From NCBI RefSeq assembly GCF_009914755.1, contig NC_060925.1: a stretch of 64,000 nt of DNA; one strand, 5' to 3'. The notes under the pieces were generated by a model. That model was not told the DNA's origin, made no database searches, and saw nothing but the letters and a program-made list of their open reading frames with translations. Made by a program: the position numbers and the translations under genes. The stretch is from the human T2T-CHM13v2.0 reference genome, Homo sapiens. This document shows positions 40,786 through 64,000 of this stretch, piece after piece (the first letter of the stretch is position 1; the number at the start of each line of letters is the position of its first letter).

Positions 40786-41484
40786 ATAAGGAGGCTTTCT
40801 ATGAACTGGGCAACTGCTGGAACCAAGCTGATATGGGTTTACTAGCTGATTGCAATGTGCCCAGAATTAGAATATTTATCCATATTTTTACATTACCCAT
40901 CCCTCTTGTTTCTTCTGAGCTGCAGCCAGAGATCACCAGTTGGTTCACAGGAATAAGCAGGGTTAGCCTAAATTGAAGAAACAAACTTAAAAACAACTAA
41001 TGAGACTAGAATCTAATGACAAATGCCCCATAGTTCTTGAAACATAATTTTTCTCTCTAGTTTCCAAGTTTTACTAAAGACAAGTCATGGTAAGACTGAT
41101 TTGCTTGGGCCGGGCACGGTGGCTCACACCTGTATTCCCAGCACTTTGAGAGGCCAAGGCGGGCGGATCACAAGGTCATGAGATTGAGACCATCCTGGCT
41201 AACACGGTGAAACCCCATCTCCAGTAAAAATCCAAAAAATTAGCCGGATGTGGTGGCGGGCACCTGTAGTTCCAGCTACTAAGGGAGACTGAGGCAGGAG
41301 AATGGCATGAACCTGGGAGGTGGAGGTTGCAGTGAGCCGAGACCACGCCACTGCACCCCAGCCTGGGCGACAGAGCGAGACTCCTTCTCCAAAAAAAAAA
41401 AAAAAAAAAAAAAAAAAGACTGATTTGCTTTATTGTAATTGGCCTGATTATTTGTATAAAGTGCAGCAAGAATAATTATTTTTC
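40786..41484 (-). mobile_element. ERV1 (MER4/MER41-group) internal fragment, interrupted by an AluY at 41108-41415
   Basis: Resembles recalled MER4-group internal sequence (gactgatttgctttatt..ttggcctgattatttgtataaagtgcagcaagaataattatttttc). Alu TSD AAGACTGATTTGCTT. Confidence 0.6.
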
Positions 41485-41736
41485 TTTTTTTTCTTTTTTT
41501 AATTTTTTAATTGTATTTTTATTTTATTATTATTATACTTTAAGTTTTAGGGTACATGTGCACAATGTGCAGGTTAGTTACATATGTATACATGTGCCAT
41601 GCTGGTGTGCTGCACCCATTAACTCGTCATTTAGCATTAGGTATATCTCCTAATGCTATCCCTCCCCCCTCCCCCCACCCCACAACAGTCCTCAGAGTGT
41701 GATGTTCACCTTCCTGTGTCCATGTGTTCTCATTGT

Positions 41737-45563
<3,827 letters not shown>

Positions 45564-45625
45564 TATGATGTTAGCTGTTTATTTTGCTCGTTAGTTGATG
45601 CAGTTTCTTCCAGCCTTGATGGTCT

Positions 45626-46624
45626 TTACAATTTGGCATGATTTTGCAGTGGCTGGTACCAGTTGTTCCTTTCCATGTTTAGTGCTTCCTTCAGGAGCTC
45701 TTTTAGGGCAGGCCTGGTGGTGACAAAATCTCTCAGTATTTGCTTGTCTGTAAAGTATTTTATTTCTCCTTCACTTATGAAGCTTAGTTTGGCTGGATAT
45801 GAAATTCTGGGTTGAAAATTCTTTTCTTTAAGAATGTTGAATATTGGCTCCCACTCTCTTCTGGCTTGTAGAGTTTCTGCCAAGAGATCCGCTGTTAGTC
45901 TGATGGGCTTCCCTTTGTCTCTGGCTGCCCTTAACATTTTTTCCTTCATTTCAACTTTGGTGAATCTGACAATTATGTGTCTTGGAGTTGATCTTCTCGA
46001 GGAGTATCTTTGTGGCATTCTCTGTATTTTCTGAATCTGATTGTTGGCTTGCCTTGCTAGATTGGGGAAGTTCTCCTGGATAATATCCTGCAGAGTGTTT
46101 TCCAACTTGGTTCCATTCTCCCCGTCACTTTCAGGTACACCAATCAGACGTAGATTTGGTTTTTTCACATAGTCCCATATTTCTTGGAGGCTTTGTTCAT
46201 TTCTTTTTATTCTTTTTTCTCTAAACTTCCCTTCTCGCTTCATTTCATTCATTTCATCTTCCATCACTGATACCCTTTCTTCCAGTTGATTGCATCAGCT
46301 CCTGAGGCTTCTGCATTCTTCACGTAGTTCTTGAGCCTTGGCTTTCAGCTCCATCAGCTCCTTTAAGCACTTCTCTGTATTGGTTATTCTAGTTATACAT
46401 TCGTCTAAATTTTTTTCAAAGTTTTTAACTTCTTTGCCTTTGGTTTGAATTTCCTCCTGTAGCTCGGAGTAGTTTGATCGTCTGAAGCCTTCTTCTCTCA
46501 ATTTGTCAAAGTCATTCTCTGTCCAGCTTTGTTCCGTTGCTGGTGAGGAGCTGTGTTCCTTTGGAGGAGGAGAGGCGCTCTGCTTTTTAGAGTTTCCAGT
46601 TTTTCTGCTCTGTTTTTTCCCCAT
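45626..46624 (-). pseudogene. L1 ORF1, inactivated
   Basis: Starts MGKKQSRKTGNSK; premature TGA at 46295; in-frame deletion (RAARDKGKPIRL vs consensus RAAREKGRVTxKGKPIRL). Confidence 0.93.
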
Positions 46625-47204
46625 CTTTGTGGTTTTATCTACTTTTGGTCTTTGATGATGGTGATGTACAGATGGGTTTTTGGTGTGGATGTCCTTCCTG
46701 TTTGTTAGTTTTCCTTCTAACAGACAGGACCCTCAGCTGCAGGTCTGTTGGAGTTTGCTAGAGGTCCACTCCAGACCGTTTGCCTGGGTATCAGCAGCAG
46801 TGGCTGCAGAACAGCGGATTTTCGTGAACCGCGAATGCTGCTGTCTGATCGTTCCTCTGGAAGTTTTGTCTCAGAGGAGTACCCGGCCGTGTGAGGTGTC
46901 AGTCTGCCCCTGCTGGGGGTGCCTCCCAGTTAGGCTGCTCAGGGGTCAGGGGTCAGGGACCCACTTGAGGAGGCAGTCTGCCTGTTCTCAGTTCTCCAGC
47001 TGCATGCTGGGAGAACCACTGCTCTCTTCAAAGCTGTCAGACGGGGACATTTAAGTCTGCAGAGGTTACTGCTGCCTTTTTGTTTGTCTGTGCCCTGCCC
47101 CCAGAGGTGGAGCCTACAGAGGCAGGCAGGCCTCCTTGAGATGTGGTGGGCTCCACCCAGTTCGAGCTTCCCGGCTGCTTTGTTTACCTAAGCAAGCCTG
47201 GGCA

Positions 47205-47279
47205 ATGGTGGGCACCCCTCCCCCAGCCGCGCTGCTGCCTTGCAGTTTGATCTCAGACTGCTGTGCTAGCAATCAGTGA
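47205..47279 (+). pseudogene. L1 antisense ORF0, truncated at 24 aa (MVGTPPPAALLPCSLISDCCASNQ*)
   Basis: Matches the recalled ORF0 N-terminus. TGA at 47277 where consensus has CGA (Arg). The downstream part (RFLS..IRVGVTRFSRC) remains in frame. Confidence 0.8.
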
Positions 47280-47471
47280 GACTCCGTAGGTGTAGGACCC
47301 TCCGAGCCAGGTGCGGGATATAATCTCCTGGTGTGCCGTTTTTTAAGCTCATCAGAAAAGTGCAGTATTAGGGTGGGAGTGACCCGATTTTCCAGGTGCC
47401 ATCTGTCACCCCTTTCTTTGACTAGCAAAGGGAACTCCCTGACCCCTTGCGCTTCCCAAATGAGGGAAAGA

Positions 47472-47622
47472 TGTTACAGGAAATGGTCTCAATCCAGACC
47501 CCAAAAGAGGGTTCTTGGATCTCGTGCAAGAAAGAATTCAGGGCCAGTCTGTAAAGTGAAAACAAGTTTATTAGGAAAGTAAAGGAATAAAAGAATGGCT
47601 ACTCCATAGACAGAGCAGCCCC
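47472..47622 (-). mobile_element. MER41-family LTR 3' fragment (~150 bp)
   Basis: Minus strand reads GGGGCTGCTCTGTCTATGGAGTAGCCATTC...AATAAACTTG...GAGATCCAAGAACCCTC...CCTGTAACA, the recalled MER41 3' end. Confidence 0.75.
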
Positions 47623-48012
47623 TCCAGGGGATTCTGATGCACAATAAGGTTTGGTGAAAGCCATTGAACAAGATACATGTGGACTCTGCCTTCATGGAGG
47701 CTGTGGAAGTCTTTAACATATACCTAATCTGTCAAGGGTTTTTACTTTCCTGGTATTATTTGTAAATGGGAAGAGAAAGTAATGTTTAATGAATAATTAC
47801 TGTGTACCAGACACTTGAAAGCATGCTCTCAACTTTGAATATTCCAATAACAACCTTAAAATATAGATGTTACTATTCCTATGTTTATAGACAAGAAGAC
47901 CAAGTCTCAGGTCTTAAAACTTTTATATAGCAGAGCTGGGATTTGAATCTATCCTTCATTGCCCATGCCCTTTCTTCTCTGTTACTTCTTTTTTTTTTTT
48001 TTTTTTTTTTGA

Positions 48013-48624
<612 letters not shown>

Positions 48625-49057
48625 TAGTGGAGATGAGGGGCTGGGTCATTATACATTAGTGATGATCTGTCACTAGGTTCTGTTGACCCTAGGAAGGGGG
48701 TGTGCCCTTGGGCAAGATGCTTTCTACAGTAGACAGTTCCATAAGAGGGCAGACAGTTGAGGGCTATTTACCAAAAGCCAGTCCTCCCAGCTATTGGGAG
48801 ATAAGTCCCAATTCTTGAAGACAGGGTGGCATATCACTAGTACAGTAATATAGATAAAAGTTTTTTAATGATAGTTTAGCAAACGTGAAGTTTTTAATTT
48901 ATTTAAATTTTATTTATTAAATTGCCTGTGAATGTGACACTTTCTTCATGCATGTTTTATCAGGTAAGTGCTTCTTTCTCCCTTGAAAATTGTAATTCTG
49001 CAGAGAGGGAGCTACTGTAAATTTAAGCTTTTTGTTTGTTTGTTTGTTTGAGGTTGA

Positions 49058-49219
<162 letters not shown>

Positions 49220-49565
49220 TAGAAACGGGGTTTCACCATGTTGGCCAGGCTGGTCTCAAACACCTGACCTCATAATCTGCCCATCTCTACCTCCCAAAGT
49301 GCTGGGATTACAGGTGTGAGCCACCACGCCTGGCCTGCATTTAGTTTAGAGGTCATCTTTTGGAATTGGTACTAAGATGCACAGAAATTGAACACAGATT
49401 TAGTAATAATTTCTGCGGTTACTTCACTGGATGTTGTAGAGCTGTTATGACAACTAAATCAGTTAGATGTTTAAAGCACTTAGACCAGTTAATCGTGCAT
49501 ATTGTTGTAAATAAACATTTTAAAACTTACTTTAAAAAGAAATGCAGACTGGGCGTGGTGGCTCA

Positions 49566-49826
<261 letters not shown>

Positions 49827-49982
49827 TCAAAAAAAAAAAGAAAAAGAAAAAGAAATGCAATTGTACTAATGTTCTGCAAATGGCTTCTTGTAATTGGAGA
49901 TATTATTTCCTGTGATAGCATCATACAAAGATTTAAAAAGTATTACATCTTAAACTGTTCAGATGGAATAAAGATGATATAC

Positions 49983-50620
<638 letters not shown>

Positions 50621-50969
50621 TTCCTCATATGATAAGGAAGCTATCATGTAAAGGTTCATCTTACATTTCTTGCTGTTTTCTTTCTTTCTTTTGCTGGCAA
50701 ATATCATTCAGGGGCCACAGTATGGGCTGCAGCGGTGTTCATTGCTACTGGGTTGGTCTTCGTTTCTGGGCCTTTTTAAAGGACAGAGCTGCCTCTGTTG
50801 GATTAATTCCTACAAGTAGAATAGATTTAAGGAAGATATGAGTAGTTTTTATATTATTATTAGAAAATACAAAAAAGAAAAGGTTTCAAAAATATAGAAA
50901 GTAGAGAGAATAAGCCAGGCGTGGTGGCTCACGCCTGTAATCCCAACACTTTGGGAGGCAGGTGGATCA

Positions 50970-51537
<568 letters not shown>

Positions 51538-51639
51538 TGAGGTGATCAACCCACCTCACCCTCTCAAAGCGCTGGGATTACAGATGTGAGCCACTGCACT
51601 CGGCCCATCTCTTATTTTTTGCTTAAGCATTTTAAATTA

Positions 51640-52429
<790 letters not shown>

Positions 52430-53050
52430 TAAATCCAGATTATTGAAAAACTTGATTCTATTTCACATCTTGGTTTAATTCTTTAGTCCAAAGTGGTGTC
52501 CATTCTTTAAGATTTTAAGATGGGGTAGTCACATGCTCTTTTAATCTGCTGTCTTTTAACAAAATTATTTGCCAGGCATGGTGACTCAGGCCTGTAGTCC
52601 CAGCTACTGGGAGGCTGAGGTGGGAGGATTGCTTGAGCCCATAAGTTCATGGCTGCAATGAGCTATAATCCAGCCTGGGCAACAGAGTGAGATGCTGTCT
52701 CTAAAAAAATTAATAAAAAAAAATTCTGCTTTAGCTTTTTTCTTGATTAATTTTAGACATGAGTTTCTTAGCTTCCCATATAGAGAAAAATCTAATTTTT
52801 ATCCCACCATTTCCTGTGGTTACACTTTGTTTTTCACCAAAATGAAATGTTTGTTTATAAAGACTTCTGTAGCATTTATTTACCTACTATTGGCTTTTCA
52901 CATTATTTATATACTGAGTTATAATGCTAGAGATATTTTAAAAAATAGTATTTAATGGTCGGGCGTGGTGGCTCACGCCTGTAATCCCAGCACTTTGGGA
53001 GGCCGAGGTGGGTGGATCACAAGGTCAGGAGATCGAGACCTTCCTGGCTA

Positions 53051-53255
<205 letters not shown>

Positions 53256-53699
53256 TTATATCTTATTATTGTTGTTTTATTGCTGTTCTTGTTCCAGAGT
53301 TTTAAATGTTTTTTTTCATTTACTGTATTGAAATATATTGAAATAATAATACCTGGAGAATAGAGTTGACACAGGTAGTCTGGTAGCAAATCTCTTCATA
53401 AAGTATGTACAGCAGTGATGTTCTTTTAGCAGTTGTATACACCTTTCAGAAGAATCATGCTTTTATCCTCCTACAGAGCAAATAGATATATATGTATTTT
53501 AATATGGTAATGACATGATATGTTTTCATGTTCTGGGAGTGGATGAAGGAAACAGCTAAGCTTACTGACTGTTGCCTAGGGGAACATCTAAAGATTGTAT
53601 CAAACCAAAGTTCCTGCCTTTGACAGACACACCGTGGTATTTAGGTGAAAATTGTAGTGTAATTAAGTAGGTAATTAAGTTATTTATTTCATTTAGTGA

Positions 53700-53978
<279 letters not shown>

Positions 53979-54419
53979 TAGCCAGGATAGTCTCGATCTC
54001 CTGACCTCGTGATCCACCTGCCTCGGCCTCCCAAAATGCTGGGATTACAGGCGTGAGCCACCATGCCTGGCCTGTAATGAATTTTATTATAGACATTTGA
54101 TAATTTTTGATAATTTCTTTTTTTTTTTTTTTTTTTTTTTTTTTGAGACAGGTTGTCACTCTGTTGCCCAGGCTGGAGTTCAGTAGTGCTATCATAGCTC
54201 ACTGTAACTATAGCTTCTGCACCTGGGCTGAAGTGATTCTCTCACCTTAGCCTCCCAAGTTGCTGGGACTACAGATGTGCACCACCATGCCCAGCTAATT
54301 TTTTGTATTTTTTAGAGAGCGGGTTTTGCCAGGCTGGTGTTTAGCACCTGGGCTCAAGCAATCTGCCTGCCTAGGCCTCCCAAAGTGCTGGGATTACAGG
54401 TGTGAACCACCACACCTAG

Positions 54420-54515
<96 letters not shown>

Positions 54516-54580
54516 TGATCGTCCCACCTCAGTCTCCTGAGTAGTTGGGATTACAGGCACTAGCCACCATACCTTGCTAA

Positions 54581-54808
<228 letters not shown>

Positions 54809-54919
54809 TGAGTAAAGTTGCTTTAAACATTTGTGTGCAGGTTTTTGTGTGGACATAAATTTTCAACTTATTTGGGTAAATACCAAGGAGGATGATTTCT
54901 GGATTGTTGGATTAATTCT

Positions 54920-57141
<2,222 letters not shown>

Positions 57142-57724
57142 TGACCTTGTGATCCACCCGCTTTGGCCTCCCAAAGTGCTGGGATTACAGGCGTAAGCCA
57201 CCGCGTCCGGCACTTTGTTGATTGTTTCTTTCGCTATGCAGAACTTTTGTGATGGATTAATTATTTTTAATTCTTGTGATGTCAGTGAAGTTGGGCCTGA
57301 TTATGATTGGCTTTTCATGTGGCTTGAGTCCATGGAGAATAGGAAACAAATTAGGTTGACCAGAGTAATCAGGTTTGTGTGACAGCTTTATTAATCATTG
57401 TGAATTAATAAACCTGTGTGCTAGTGTCTGGTTCAGTCTTCTGTGCATTTGGAATTTTCAAATTGAGGCTATCAGGGTTTGTTCGCCCTGGATGTAGAAA
57501 GCAAAAATCTGGATCTTACACATTCCTGGGATCTGACTGGTGAGGTATACCCTTATACCATGTCTGTCCACTCTCTTACTCATACTGGTTTCTGTAGTTG
57601 CTCCTCTATCATTAATGTACTGGCCCCAGGGGAAAAGCTTGCTAAACCATAGATATTCTTCGTCAGACTTACAGCTAATCACAGTTGAATGCTGGCCTTG
57701 CTCCTTCTGTCTGCTTTGGCTTGA

Positions 57725-58163
<439 letters not shown>

Positions 58164-58559
58164 TAATGAGAGCATTTATACCATTTATGTTTTACTTAAT
58201 TATTGATAATTTGGGTTTATATCTCTCATCTTACTACTTGCTTTTTGTTTGTTTTGCTGACATTCTGTTCCTTTTTTTCTCCCTTCATTGGATGACGATG
58301 ATGATTATTTGTGGTGTTTTCTTTTTTTTTTTTTTGAGACAAGGTCTTACTCCATTGCTCAGGCTGGAGTGCAGTAGCACTATCTGCAAATTCTGCCTCC
58401 TGGGTTGAAGCAGTCCTCCCACCTCAGCCTTCCGAGTAGCTGGGACTACAGCTACTGTAGTCCCAGCTACTCGGAAGGCTAAGGCAAAAGAATCGCTTGA
58501 GCCGGGCTTATTTTTGTAGTTTTTGTAGAGATGTGGTTTCACTATGTTACCTAGGCTGA

Positions 58560-58832
<273 letters not shown>

Positions 58833-58997
58833 TAGTAGAGACGGGGTTTTGCCATGTTGCCTAGGCTGGTCTCGAACTCCTGAGCTCAAGCAATCCACCC
58901 GCCTTCACCTCCCAAAGTGCTGGGATTACAGGCGTGAGCCACCAAGCCTAGAGATGATTATTTTTACCTTGTGTTTCTTCTCCATTAGTTTGGAGTT

Positions 58998-59660
58998 GTG
59001 GTGGTATGATATATATTGGTTTTTGTTCATGGTTCCTGGTTCTCAACTCCCATACCTCTTGTTACAGTCTTTTGTTATAATATTGGTGTGTCAGGCCTCA
59101 GGAAACAGGATCTCTCTCCTGCCCTCCATTCTCCTGCCCCAAGGCAGAACTCTAATCTTCTTCCACCATTCTGACTGTGGGTCATAAGACCCTCCCGGAG
59201 AGGCTCCCACCCCTCTACACTAGAGGCAGGAATGCTAATGTCTTTGAACTTCTAGATAGCTGAATCTGTGAAGGTTCTTGCATCCATGGAGGGCTTGGAA
59301 GCTCCACAGCCCTTCCCCTGTACCTCGCCTTAGCACACCTCTTCATCTAGATTCTTTGCAATATTTTTTATAATAAACCTGTAAATGTAAGTAAGTGTTT
59401 TCCTGAGTTCTGTGAGCCGCTCCAGCAAATTAATCAAATACAAAGAGGGGGCTGTTGGAACCCCAGCTGTTTGAAGCTGGTCGGTCAGAAGTTCCAGACG
59501 CCCAGGCTAGTGGCTGGTGGTCTGACACTATGTCCAGTCAGATAGTGTCAGAATTGAATTGGCGGACACCCAGATGGCATCCCCTGCTTGGTGTGTGGGG
59601 AAAACCCCCACACATTCGGTCACAGAAGTCATCTGTGCTGATTGTTGTAGTGTGAGGAAT
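58998..59660 (+). mobile_element. MER21-type LTR
   Basis: tgtggtatgatatatattggtttttgttcatggttcctgg start; aataaacc; gatagtgtcagaattgaatt; ggggaaaacccccacacatt. Similar to the recalled consensus. Confidence 0.6.
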
Positions 59661-60086
59661 AGTGTAGCAGAGGAAAGACATGGTTTGGAGAGTTTTAACT
59701 TATGCAGTAGTTATTCATTTTTTATTTTTCCTTACACAGCAGTTAATTTTTTATTATTTAGAGGTAAGTCTAGAGATTAAAATATGCATCTCTGGTTTAC
59801 AGAAATCTAGTCTAATAATTATACCTCCTTTTGGACCCATGAAAGACCTTAGAACATGCCATTTATCACCTTCCTAACTCATATGTGTGACATTTTAACC
59901 GATGTTTATTTTAAACCCGAAGAACTGATATTATTACTTTACATTGTCTGTATTACTTTAACTTCACCCATATATTTACCCTTTTCTTGCCTTTTATCTC
60001 CCCACTCCTTGTATCTTTAGGCTTCTATCTGGTATAATTTTCTTTTTCCTTGAAGACTACCTTTATTGGGTTTTTGCTGAAATTGA

Positions 60087-60320
<234 letters not shown>

Positions 60321-60428
60321 TAGCCAGGATGGTCTCGAACTCCTGACCTCGTGATCCGCCTGCCTCTGCCTCTCAAAGTGCTGGGGTTACAGGCGTGAGC
60401 CACTGTGCCCAGCCTTTTTTTTTTTTGA

Positions 60429-60587
<159 letters not shown>

Positions 60588-61063
60588 TAGTAGAGATGGG
60601 GTTTCTTCACGTTGGTCAGGCCAGTCTCGACCAGTCTCGAATTCCTGACCTCAGGTGATCCGCCCACTTTGGCCTTGCAAAGTGCTGGGACTACAGGCGT
60701 AAGCCACTGTGCCTGGGCTTTTTTTTTTTTTTTAATTTTTATTGTAGCCACATACATAACATAAAGTTTGCCATTTTAACCACTTTTCAATTTAACATTT
60801 TAAATTGTGGTAAAATATACGTAACATAAAATTTACCATCTGAACCAGTTTTGAATGTACAGTTTAGTAGTAACTACCCTAAGTATCTCATATAAGTGGA
60901 ATATGGTATTTGTCCTTTTATGGTGGCTTATTTCTCTTAGTGTAATGTCCTCAAGGGTCAGTTTTGTTTAGTGTGCTCAATAAATTTTAGCCATTCTTGT
61001 TTTCTGGAGTGGTGGTTTTTGTTGGCTTTTTCACCCAGACATGCTATGGCATTTGCTGATTGA

Positions 61064-61303
<240 letters not shown>

Positions 61304-61706
61304 TAACTTTTCATTATGAATCAGCACGGTCATTTAGTCAAGATTATATTTAATACTTGAATAAGGAGGGATGGAGAGGAAGAAATGTTTGGCTCATGGA
61401 GTAGTTATATTATGGAATTTGTTGTATTCCAAAAAGGCAGTTATTTTATTTGTGGCTTAATTGCTGCTGTTTGTAGCATTTTTCCCTTTTTTAAAAAAAT
61501 TCTGACTCTTGACCTTATGCATGGCGTTGCTTTCTTCGTCCTTTTTTTTTTTTTTTTTTTTTTAACAGTCCTTTAAATTGGATGAATGTAAACCTTTCTG
61601 GCTCATTACCAATTTACAATCCAGTAAGTAAATAATAGAAAAGAGAAACAGCCTAGATTTCCAGTAAGAAGGAATTGATTACACAAAATACAGAACATCT
61701 GAATAG

Positions 61707-61901
<195 letters not shown>

Positions 61902-62897
61902 TGAGTAGCTGGGATTACAGGTGCCCACGACCACGCCTGGCTAATTTCTGTACTTTTAGTGGAGACGAGGTTTCACCATATTGGCCAGGCTGGTCCCGAA
62001 CTCCTGACCTTGTGATCCGCCCGCCTCAGCCTCCCAAAATGCTGGGATTACAGGTGTGAGCCACCACGCCCGGCCTGTCACATTGCATTTCTATTATTAT
62101 TTTTGATCGCCTGATGTCAGAAAAACTGCATGAAGCCCTGAAAAGGGTGCTGGGGAGCCTTCAGGCAGAGCCTGTCTTCTAAATTTTTGTTGTTGTTGTT
62201 GATTTTTATTAGTTTTCAATTTCTGAAAACGATCTTTCCCTAGTAAGCTGTTTTTCCTTAAGTATGGTACAGTGAACACAATACTGCCCTGGAAATCAGG
62301 GGACCTCTAGTCTGTTTTTAACAGTCTTTTTTGTTTGTTTGGTTGGTTTATTTGTTTATTTTTTGAGACATTGTCTCGCCTAGACTGGAATGCAGTGGCA
62401 TGATCATGACTCACTGTCACCCTGAACTCCTGGGCTCAAGTGATCTTCGCGCCTCAGTCTCCTGAGTAGCTGGGACTACAGGCGTGCACCAGCACACCCA
62501 GCTAATTTAAAAAAATAAAAATAAAAAAGAGATGAAGTTTTTCTATGCTGCCCAGGCTGGTCTCAAACTCCTGGCCTCAAGCGATCCTCCCACCTCGGCT
62601 TCTCAAAGTGCTGGGATTACAGATGTGAGCCACTGCACCAGCCCCACTTTTAACAGTCTTTATGGTCCTGAACAAGACAAGTTTACTAACCTTTAAAATG
62701 AAGGTCAGAATTAGGTAACCACACAGCATATCTCCTGGTCCACTATTTCATAATTTTAGAAAGTCAGGGTGTTCTTAAAAGGCCAACTCTACTTGTAGAC
62801 TTGCCATCTCTGAATTTGTTCAGAGCTGTTCAGGTTATATGGTTAGGGAGAAATATTTTAGCCAGGCCCACAGATTCCTTAGGTACCTGGACCATGA

Positions 62898-63268
<371 letters not shown>

Positions 63269-63449
63269 TAAAAGCTTGCCCAAATTGTCCATACTTTTAT
63301 GGTCTTTAATGGTCTCTGGATACAGTGATATTTTCAAAGTCTTGGTTGCTCTGAGCAGAAAAATCAAGAATTGCTTCAAGTCCTGGGTGATGCAGGGTTT
63401 GTCCTGAAATGCTAATGGGAAGCCTTGGTTCAGGGACATTGAGTCAGTA

Positions 63450-63707
63450 TAGTCATGCATTGCTTAATGAAGGGGATGTGTTCTGAGAAATGCCTGTTAG
63501 GTGGTTTCATCATTGTGTGAACATCATAGTATACTTAACAAACCTGCGTGGTGTAGCCTACTGCACACCTAGGCTACTGTATGGCATAGCCTATTGCTTT
63601 TAGGCTATAAACCTGTACAGCATGTTACTGTGCTGAATACTGTAGGCAATTGTAACACAATGGTAAGTATTTATCTAAACATAGAAAAGGTACAGTAAAA
63701 ATAAAAA
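63450..63707 (+). mobile_element. Tigger3/Golem-type DNA transposon 5' part
   Basis: TA followed by agtcatgcattgcttaatgaaggggatgtgttctgagaaatgc (TIR-like), then ctaggctataaacctgtacagcatgttactg. Confidence 0.75.
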
Positions 63708-63789
63708 ATTGGCCGGGTGCGTTGGCTCACGCCTGTAATCCCAGCACTTTGGGAGGCCAAGGCAGGCGGATCACGAGGTCAGGAGTTCA

Positions 63790-63999
<210 letters not shown>

Positions 64000-64000
64000 A

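Overview
Human-type (primate) genomic DNA, recognisable as the GGPS1-TBCE region (chr1q42 by recall). Both genes are on the + strand. The window holds the last two coding exons and 3'UTR of GGPS1 (geranylgeranyl diphosphate synthase), a ~23 kb intergenic interval, and the CpG-rich promoter and exons 1-3 of TBCE (tubulin-folding cofactor E, CAP-Gly N-terminus). Repeats dominate: about 100 Alu copies or fragments by eye, a near-full-length dead L1PA antisense in TBCE intron 2, several LTRs and a Tigger. Nearly all ORFs in the supplied track are Alu or L1 artefacts. The most unexpected observations are: (1) a decayed ~1.6 kb copy of the large ATN1 (atrophin-1) exon, with a fossil 3-Gln tract and a retained splice donor; (2) TBCE exons 2+3 total 216 nt, are flanked by inverted Alus, and if back-spliced form a stop-free circular ORF; (3) an L1 ORF0 splice donor in frame with TBCE exon 3 but blocked by one CGA>TGA change; (4) a 49-bp inverted templated copy from a neighbouring Alu that creates a perfect hairpin; (5) an L1/MER41 junction with no target-site duplication (TSD). 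Repeat-family and gene identities come from recalled consensus sequences, not database searches.
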